A DNA stretch of 60,062 nucleotides from a virus (Duplodnaviria > Caudoviricetes), in the IMG/VR virus record IMGVR_UViG_3300034420_000030, positions 1 to 60,062 of that record. One strand, written 5' to 3'. The position numbers and the translations under genes were made by a program. Numbering within the stretch: position 1 is the stretch's first letter; each line of letters begins with the position of its first letter. Of the stretch, positions 53,642 through 60,062 are shown piece after piece. The notes beneath the pieces were generated by a model that worked only from the letters and a program-made list of their open reading frames with translations, made no database searches and was not told the origin of the DNA.

Positions 53642-55926
53642 CGCTGGTGTACGAGAATGCTTTCAACAGCGATTTCTCCACTGTCCGCAATCTTCAGGCG
53701 CTCGGTGCTTTTCCGAACGGCGTTGATAGTCCGGAGGGTATAGACGGCCGCATTGAGATTGTTGATGGCGTTTATCGTGCCCATATCGACGAAACTGACC
53801 CGCCTACAGTCGGCGGAATTCGCGCCGAATGCGCTTTTGAGGTCAATGCACTCGGCGAAGAATTATGGGCAAGCTTCGAGATTCTGGTCAAGCGGTCAGA
53901 ATTCGCTGATGATGAATTCATTGGTATTTTTCAGTTCCACCCTGGCGACACCAGCCCTGGACCCGTCGATTATCATGCGATCCTGCGCTATGGATCGCTG
54001 CGATTTCAGCTCTCGCCAGAGCATGCCGGCGTTAACGATAAGCTTCTGCCCTGGGAATTCGACCGCTGGGTGCATGTGTGTATGCATTATTTGCCGGCCG
54101 ATGACGCCAGTGGCGTGTTCGAGCTTTATCTCGATCGTGTCCGCGTCTACACACTTTTGGCCACTGATACGGCACACTCGACTGACACGCCCTATCTCAA
54201 GCTCGGGCTTTACGACACTCAGCACGGCGCAGCCTTCGGAACACGAACCGCTTACTATCGTAATTTGAAGCTATATAAGGGCGCTGAGAGCTTTCCAACG
54301 GTCTTAGGCGGCTATCCGGCAATCAAGGGCATCGTCACCGATCTGGGCACCACACCGCCACCCGGCAAGGTCTGGCGCGGCATGGGACAGGCCATGCGTA
54401 CCGTACAAGGCAATTGGGGGACCACCAACCGCTCGGCCGTCTACCGCATGCCTGTCTATTCCCCGGTGCCGTTCCGGCGCTATCGCCTGATCTATCCGAC
54501 ATTCTTCACCACTACGACGGGAAGCCCAAACCTGACCGACGGCCTCTTGTCCGGTATCCAGTCCTTCATTCGCTACACGGCCGGCTTCGAGTATCCTTTT
54601 ACGCAGGCCTTCACCGGGCTTGCAGCGCGGCAAGTGGTGCGCTTCAATGGCGGCTCCGATCATGCCGACTACAGCAAATCCACATGGGACGCCAATTTCG
54701 GCTACATCATATCCGATATCATGGACGCCGGCCAGACCATCCCGGCTCGTACCGCTTTCGGCATCTGGACTGGCTGCGAGCTTGGCGCCGGGCCTTATTC
54801 CGACAGTCTGCCCTACTCGAAAAGCTTTTTTGACCTAACCTCGGAGCGCTATATTGGCGCCGATGTCTCGACGGGTCAGATCACCATCGCAGGCGGACAG
54901 GCCACCAATTGGGCGCACAGCAATACCACGATCACCGGCAACCCCGGCAAGCTAATGACACCATTGGCCATGCTGATCGAGGTGGATGACACCACAGAGT
55001 GCGCCATCATCATCGGTGACAGCCAGGGTTATGGCCTCAACGAGGGCAATATGACGACCCCGGAAGTCGAAGGCGACCGCTATGGCGATCCGTTCGGCAA
55101 TATGGGCACCTATGATCGCGGCATGTGGGCCAACTATCCCTTGCGCCTCTTCGTCAATCTCTCGCAACCCGGGGACGGCGCCAAATACCACGTCACCGAC
55201 GATCATCTGAAATATCGCTTGCAGATCGCGGCGCTGTGCAATCCGACGCATTTCATCGATGGACTTGGCTTCAACGAGTTCTCCGATTTCACCCAAGTTG
55301 GCCTATGGGCCGCCAGCACCGCCTATATTAAGGGCGATACGGTGTTGACGCCCTTGACCGGGTTCCCGAACGCCACGACGGGCGGCGCCATCTATGTTTG
55401 CCAGCAGGCCGGCAACAGCGCCTCGTCCGGCATTGGGCCGCGCGGCGGCGGCCGTGGTATTGCCGATAATACCTGTGTATGGGATTTCGTCTCCCGCGAT
55501 CAAACGCCGGAATCCTTGCGGGTCTGGAAGCAGCTTGGCCGCAAGATCGAAATCCACAACAAGATACGGGCACAAGTCCTTGGCGCTAAACGCTATGTGA
55601 TCTGCGTCGGGCCAGGTGCGACCCTGGGCGCCAGTGGCGGAGCAGATCCGGCAACCCAGCAAACGCCCTTGCAGGGCTGGGGCGAGGTCGGTTGCCGACG
55701 CAGCATTTACAATCACTATGTCAGGACCGGATTGCCGGTGGTCGAGCCTAACGGCTTTTTCGATTGGACGCAGCGCGTCGAGTATTTGCCTGATCCGCTC
55801 TATGAAACCGGCTGCTGGGATCACAACGGCGTTTCTTACCGCTATGTCGGCCTTGATAATATCCATCCCAATAGCCACGGCTACGCCACCATGGCCAAGG
55901 ATGTGATCTTCAAGGATGAGACGTAG
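53638..55926 (+). CDS. Polysaccharide-lyase-like plus SGNH esterase protein
   Basis: RAE, QFH, YLKLGLY; GDSQGYG, GFNE, DNIHPN. Confidence 0.82.
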   Translation: MTLVYENAFNSDFSTVRNLQALGAFPNGVDSPEGIDGRIEIVDGVYRAHIDETDPPTVGGIRAECAFEVNALGEELWASFEILVKRSEFADDEFIGIFQFHPGDTSPGPVDYHAILRYGSLRFQLSPEHAGVNDKLLPWEFDRWVHVCMHYLPADDASGVFELYLDRVRVYTLLATDTAHSTDTPYLKLGLYDTQHGAAFGTRTAYYRNLKLYKGAESFPTVLGGYPAIKGIVTDLGTTPPPGKVWRGMGQAMRTVQGNWGTTNRSAVYRMPVYSPVPFRRYRLIYPTFFTTTTGSPNLTDGLLSGIQSFIRYTAGFEYPFTQAFTGLAARQVVRFNGGSDHADYSKSTWDANFGYIISDIMDAGQTIPARTAFGIWTGCELGAGPYSDSLPYSKSFFDLTSERYIGADVSTGQITIAGGQATNWAHSNTTITGNPGKLMTPLAMLIEVDDTTECAIIIGDSQGYGLNEGNMTTPEVEGDRYGDPFGNMGTYDRGMWANYPLRLFVNLSQPGDGAKYHVTDDHLKYRLQIAALCNPTHFIDGLGFNEFSDFTQVGLWAASTAYIKGDTVLTPLTGFPNATTGGAIYVCQQAGNSASSGIGPRGGGRGIADNTCVWDFVSRDQTPESLRVWKQLGRKIEIHNKIRAQVLGAKRYVICVGPGATLGASGGADPATQQTPLQGWGEVGCRRSIYNHYVRTGLPVVEPNGFFDWTQRVEYLPDPLYETGCWDHNGVSYRYVGLDNIHPNSHGYATMAKDVIFKDET

Positions 55927-56155
55927 GCGAGGCTTCAGACATTGGCTTGCAAAGGATCAACAGATTTGCGGCCTCGATCAAAACGTCGGCGGTTTCTCCC
56001 CACCCACACGCTTCAATGTGAGCAATGATCGCCCGCTCTAGCGCATGCAGCACGTTTAAGGTTTCAAGTCCTTCTATTTTTATCGCCGTTGAAACAATGG
56101 CACAGATTTCCGTTGGATGACAGTCTTTTTTGAATGGAATGATATCGGCGGACAT
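55910..56155 (-). CDS. Hypothetical protein (antisense island)
   Basis: MSADIIPF start; RBS. Confidence 0.55.
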   Translation of the reverse strand: MSADIIPFKKDCHPTEICAIVSTAIKIEGLETLNVLHALERAIIAHIEACGWGETADVLIEAANLLILCKPMSEASPTSHP

Positions 56156-56164
56156 GATAGTTCC

Positions 56165-56440
56165 CTAGTTGAAAAAATTCAGTAATCTGTGGCTGGCCTG
56201 CACTTTACACGAAGACCAAAGTGCCTCCATCATAAAGTCTGGGCTGACTGGGATCGTCATCAGTTTCCACAGCAGCACCAAGCCAAGTATCAGCGCCGCG
56301 TTCAGTCGCGTTCCCAGTTTCCCGATCATCTGAGAAAGTCGTGAATGAGGCCGATGACAAGCGGCTCCCGTTCACTGAACAGGCTTGCGATGACAAGGCA
56401 GAAGACGAGGAAGAAAAAGGCGCCGTCCAGATAACGCATG
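56165..56440 (-). other. Two coupled small TM peptides (37 and 54 aa), not in ORF track
   Basis: MRYLDGAFFFLVFCLVIASLF... (GGAG RBS) and MIGKLGTRLNAALILGLVLLW... Confidence 0.45.
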
Positions 56441-56500
56441 ACTAACTCCATCAGTTGATGGAGAATAGACTACGGGGAAAACCTTTAGAAAGAATTACCG

Positions 56501-57343
56501 ATGGACGCATCGCCGAGATGCATTGATCTCATCCATGGAAGTGAGGGGTTCTATACCAAACTTCCGAATGGCAGCTACAAATCCTATCTCGATAAACTCG
56601 CCAATCCACCCGTCTGGACGATCTATTGTGGGCTGACTAAGGGGGTAACTGGAGAGACCGTCTGGACTGTAGATCAGTGCGAGAAAGCCTTTTCCAAGGA
56701 AATGAGCTTTTACGAGGACTCGATCGAGCGGATGGTGACGGTTCCGCTCAACCAGAACCAATTCGATGCTCTCGTATCGCTTGTCTATAATATCGGCCCT
56801 GGCAATCCCGCCGCGAAACGCGCCAAGGATAAGAAAGGCTTTTACTGGTCTACCCTACGCAAACTGATCAATGAAGTCAAGTTTGATAAATGCCCCGAAC
56901 AATTTAAGCGTTACATTCATTCTGGCGGCAAAGTTCGCGCCGGCTTGGTGACGAGACGCGCCAAAGAGGCGGCCTTGTTCATGACGCCAATGGAGGACGT
57001 GCATCATCTTTCTCCGGAAGCCGTACCCGACGAAACCAATCCGCCCATGCCGCAACAGGTTGATGTTGCCCCGCCTCAAGCTGTCTCAACCACACTCGCC
57101 ACCAGCAAAACCGTCCGCTACTCTGGCGGCGGCATTATCGCCACGCTGGTGAGCGCTTGGTCTTGGCTGTTCGGTGTGGCCAAGGATGCCGGCACACAGG
57201 CCGTAAGCGAACAGCAGACCCTTACCCCCTTCTCAGCGCTCTTCAAGGCTCTCGGGGCAAATATGGAGCTTATAGCGCTAATCGTCGTGCTCGGCTGTCT
57301 TGCTGGCGTCATTTTCGAGCGGTTAGCGAAGGAGCGCGCATGA
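56501..57343 (+). CDS. GH24 lysozyme endolysin with two C-terminal TM helices
   Basis: EG...YLD...WTI..G.T, NQFDALVS..YNIG, GLV.RR.KE..LF. Confidence 0.92.
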   Translation: MDASPRCIDLIHGSEGFYTKLPNGSYKSYLDKLANPPVWTIYCGLTKGVTGETVWTVDQCEKAFSKEMSFYEDSIERMVTVPLNQNQFDALVSLVYNIGPGNPAAKRAKDKKGFYWSTLRKLINEVKFDKCPEQFKRYIHSGGKVRAGLVTRRAKEAALFMTPMEDVHHLSPEAVPDETNPPMPQQVDVAPPQAVSTTLATSKTVRYSGGGIIATLVSAWSWLFGVAKDAGTQAVSEQQTLTPFSALFKALGANMELIALIVVLGCLAGVIFERLAKERA

Positions 57344-57693
57344 TCTCCCTGCTTTGGAGCTTGCTTGGCAACAAGTATGTCGGCGGCTTCGCTGTCTTCC
57401 TAGGCATCTTCATTGCCGCTTGGACCATGGCTTTCTACAAAGGCCGCGCTTCGGTTGATGTTCCCGCGATCGAGCGCGCGGCCTATGAGCAAGGATTCGC
57501 CGCTGGTCAATATAGCCGCGATAAGGAATGGCAAGCCAAGCTTGATGAAGCCAATAACCAACACCAACGGGACCTTCAAGATGCGATCACCGAACGCGAT
57601 ACGACGCCTGCTATTGCTGATGTTCCCGCTTGGGCTGATGAGCTGTGCAAGCAATCCTCCACCTGCCGAGATAAAGGTCCAAAACACAATTAG
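57340..57693 (+). CDS. Rz-like inner-membrane spanin
   Basis: N-terminal TM plus coiled coil and Cys pair. Confidence 0.75.
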   Translation: MISLLWSLLGNKYVGGFAVFLGIFIAAWTMAFYKGRASVDVPAIERAAYEQGFAAGQYSRDKEWQAKLDEANNQHQRDLQDAITERDTTPAIADVPAWADELCKQSSTCRDKGPKHN

Positions 57694-57799
57694 CGGATGC
57701 AAGGCGTTTCGGCAGATCACTTGGAGCAAATCCGACACCAAGCCTAGTGTACAACAGATATTATCACATAATCGAGCCTACGCAAGACTATGCCGATAA
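57581..57799 (+). CDS. Rz1-like outer-membrane lipoprotein spanin
   Basis: MRSPNAIRRLLLLMFPLGLMS-C lipobox; overlaps Rz. Confidence 0.75.
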   Translation: MRSPNAIRRLLLLMFPLGLMSCASNPPPAEIKVQNTISGCKAFRQITWSKSDTKPSVQQILSHNRAYARLCR

Positions 57800-57943
57800 A
57801 ACACTGTTTTTCACACGAAACCACTGTTTTTCATGGATTTACCCAAGTTTGAGCGTAAAAATTTCGCCAAACTGGTAAAACATTAGAAGTCAATGCTTTA
57901 ACGGGATCAAGCCGGACCCCAGTCCGGCCTGAATAAAAGTCGA

Positions 57944-58393
57944 TTGGGTAAATCTCAAGACAAACCGGCTCTAATGAACGGGGCTGTAGATCCTTCCGGA
58001 GACGGTGATCACATGCCACCTGGACGCCGACGTAGGCCTCAACCTCATACGCCAGCACATTTCGATTGGCGTTTATTGATGTCTGGCAATCAGTTGGGCT
58101 TTTTCGCTATCGTCATTTCCGTCATCTCGGCGCTATACTCCGCTGGATGGATACCCGGCATCGCCAAACAAACAGATGTGACAGATCTATCGAAACAGAT
58201 TGTGGAAATCAAATCCGGCATCGCTGCGCTTAGCAACGAATTCAGTCAAACTCGCGTTGAGATTGTCAAGGCGTCAACGTCACTCGCCCGCATGGAAGGC
58301 CGTCTCGAAGCCGATGCCCAGATCAGAGCACGGACAACACGCCAGCCAACGCAGCCAAAGCCAGTTCAGAAGGCCAAAGGGCTGTTTGACTGA
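57944..58393 (+). CDS. Single-TM coiled-coil protein (holin-like); start uncertain
   Basis: TM then coiled coil ...LARMEGRLE. Confidence 0.6.
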   Translation: MGKSQDKPALMNGAVDPSGDGDHMPPGRRRRPQPHTPAHFDWRLLMSGNQLGFFAIVISVISALYSAGWIPGIAKQTDVTDLSKQIVEIKSGIAALSNEFSQTRVEIVKASTSLARMEGRLEADAQIRARTTRQPTQPKPVQKAKGLFD

Positions 58394-58660
58394 TCATTCT
58401 CCCTCCTCCAAATCCTTCCCCGTTAAAACTCCAGAAGCAAAGCCTATAGCGACAGCATGCACCATATTGCGAGCCATCATTTTACTTATGATGCGTGCGA
58501 TATGGTTTTCAACGGTTCGTGTACTGATTGCAAATCTGTGCGCGCAGTGCTTCGCTTGCAATCCATTCGCTATTAGCCGTAATATCTGATCTTCCCGCTC
58601 CGTCAGGCCAAACGGATGCACGATCGCGAAGTCAGACTTTTGCAACAGATTGCGCCTCAC
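58394..58660 (-). CDS. LuxR-type HTH regulator
   Basis: LTEREDQILRLIANG......A..F.IS.RTVENH...I..KM.ARN. Confidence 0.88.
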   Translation of the reverse strand: MRRNLLQKSDFAIVHPFGLTEREDQILRLIANGLQAKHCAHRFAISTRTVENHIARIISKMMARNMVHAVAIGFASGVLTGKDLEEGE

Positions 58661-59004
58661 TTGGAAGTGGTTTTCTCCAGCACCTTGCGTGTTTGGATGG
58701 CGATTTCCAAGCCTTCTGACGTTAGTTCGATGAGTTTGCAACGCTTGTCTTTTGCCGGACGATCTGTGATCAAGCCAAGGCGCTCCAGTGTCTTTAGCGC
58801 ATACGTGCAATTGGTGCCGATATAATATCCGCGTCGCAAAAGCTCCGATGGGGAAATCAGTTCGGTGCCGACGAAAGCCAGGATTAAGGCCATATGCGGG
58901 GTGATTGATCTGGGAACAGCACATTGAACCACCTGGATCAAATCAGCATATTCCAGCAAGATCTTTTGAACATGGTCTGGCATTGGCGCCATCGTCTCGT
59001 TCAT
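58657..59004 (-). CDS. MarR-family regulator, LdtR-like
   Basis: AL.L..VG..L....EL..RGYY.G.N..Y.LK.L..LG.I......D.R.....LT..G. Confidence 0.8.
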   Translation of the reverse strand: MNETMAPMPDHVQKILLEYADLIQVVQCAVPRSITPHMALILAFVGTELISPSELLRRGYYIGTNCTYALKTLERLGLITDRPAKDKRCKLIELTSEGLEIAIQTRKVLEKTTSK

Positions 59005-59118
59005 ATCCTCACCTGTGAAACATCCATTTTGGTTCCGAGGGCGTTCCGCAATCGCGACGATCCTCAAAAACTCCAAGCCACATATAGCCATACCCTCAGT
59101 CTACCAATCTGAGAGTAT

Positions 59119-59496
59119 TCATTCGATCGCAAATCGAAGCTGTTCGATTTCAGTCCATATCGACGGCGCGTTCTTTTCCAATTGCGCTAGGCCAGTACCG
59201 ATGCCATCAAGTGGCCATATAATTGTGCGACCGTTTTTGGATGCCTCCATCAATCGTCGAAGTGTTGCCTTCTCGGCTTCGAACCAGTCGTCATGGTCAT
59301 TATCCATAAAGAAAGCGTCTGGCGACATCGATGGCTTTCTTTTTGTGGCAATACCGATTGCGTTCGGCTCTCCGCGTGCTTCAGCAGCCTGTCCGCCCAA
59401 GCCTTCGCGTTCCAGATTATCGCCAAAGACGAAAAGCCACTCCGGATGCGCCTTGATATAAGCTCGGGTGTATTTCTTGATGTAGAGCAGCGTCAT
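59119..59496 (-). CDS. Conserved phage protein, putative macrodomain-like fold
   Basis: FVFGDN....G.GGQA...R..PNAIGI.TK; P.DGIGTGLA. Confidence 0.75.
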   Translation of the reverse strand: MTLLYIKKYTRAYIKAHPEWLFVFGDNLEREGLGGQAAEARGEPNAIGIATKRKPSMSPDAFFMDNDHDDWFEAEKATLRRLMEASKNGRTIIWPLDGIGTGLAQLEKNAPSIWTEIEQLRFAIE

Positions 59497-59508
59497 GGCG
59501 TCTCTTCC

Positions 59509-59709
59509 CTAACTATCAGAACGTGACAAAGCATATGAAACACTGCGAACTGATTTCCAGCCAAGAAAGTCTTGGATTTGCCGCATGCTATAGCCAGCAT
59601 CTCGAAGCGTTTTTGCCATAGACCTACGCTCCTCCTGGCGATCTCGCACAACTTTGCGAGGCTTCGGAAGTTTGCCAGTTCCTTTGCAAATCGGGCACCG
59701 TTCGCTCAT
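59509..59709 (-). CDS. Zn-knuckle plus HTH protein
   Basis: CPICKGTG; LRDAGYSMRQI...LGW.S..SV. Confidence 0.75.
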   Translation of the reverse strand: MSERCPICKGTGKLPKPRKVVRDRQEERRSMAKTLRDAGYSMRQIQDFLGWKSVRSVSYALSRSDS

Positions 59710-59758
59710 GTCTCTTTCCCTAGCTATCAGAATGAACCCTTAGCGACAGATGCGGCGA

Positions 59759-60001
59759 TCAGCGTGTGTTTAGACTGGCAACCGCAGCGTTATAAGCTTC
59801 CACGCATGAAAGTGCGTCGGCTTCGAGAACGGGGATCTCGGATGGCGTTTCGTTTCTTCCCCATCCATCGCGCCCGAGCGCGCAGGTTCGCAGCGCGTCT
59901 TCTCGGCTATAGCGTCCGGTCGCTTCAAACTTTGTCGTGTAGCCGGCATTATTTGGCCGCCACCATGCACGATGTTCATTTGACCAGATCAGATAGCTCA
60001 T
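59759..60001 (-). CDS. Conserved phage protein spanning the assembly junction
   Basis: YLIWSNEH.AWWRP...GYT.....GRYSREDA. Confidence 0.75.
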   Translation of the reverse strand: MSYLIWSNEHRAWWRPNNAGYTTKFEATGRYSREDALRTCALGRDGWGRNETPSEIPVLEADALSCVEAYNAAVASLNTR

Positions 60002-60062
60002 TTCTCCCCTCCTGGTGAAAGAGGAGAGGCGAGACGATAGGATCGCGTTTTCGCATCCCATC
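59936..60062. repeat. Terminal 127-bp direct repeat (copy 2)
   Basis: Identical to 1-127. Confidence 0.95.

Noticed and set aside
26639-55878. Many long antisense ORFs over structural genes (e.g. 26639-27631, 36825-37577, 51384-52022)
   Set aside because: They are shadows of GC-rich coding strands, with no RBS or motifs.
1-60062. Stop-codon reassignment
   Set aside because: Core genes are uninterrupted under the standard code, and TAA, TAG and TGA all end genes.

Overview
The window is a complete, circularly assembled ~59.9-kb tailed-phage genome. Bases 1-127 are identical to 59936-60062. The morphogenesis genes are P22-like/podovirus-type. The host is most likely a Hyphomicrobiales alphaproteobacterium, inferred from GcrA, LdtR-like and Omp25/RopB-like homologs. 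Layout: a leftward early arm (58.4 kb through the origin to 8.6 kb) carries Bet recombinase, Gp157, HNH and many small genes. A divergent operator region has a leaderless cro-like gene but no recognisable cI or integrase. A rightward early/middle arm carries GcrA, an OMP, Tad1-like and Gp49/Acb4-like sponges, an initiator with iterons and a split primase-helicase. Next come a cluster of tRNA-like RNAs, a fibre block, terminase-portal-capsid-tail-ejection genes, more fibres and lysis. The top finding is a dispersed family of about 11 structured elements of 55-75 bp, with consensus CCAGMTTGAAGA-[covarying hairpin]-GATGATG-N22/23-GCCTGACAC. They are confined to the accessory arms, sit at gene or domain boundaries, and twice form inverted pairs bracketing ~130-bp passengers, which suggests an undescribed cassette or recombination-site system. 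Other strong leads are a chain of CCA-ending tRNA-like RNAs, two divergent long structured ncRNA candidates, and tiny unannotated two-ended adaptor peptides that may wire several fibres to the capsid. All family assignments come from motif recognition by eye, not database searches.
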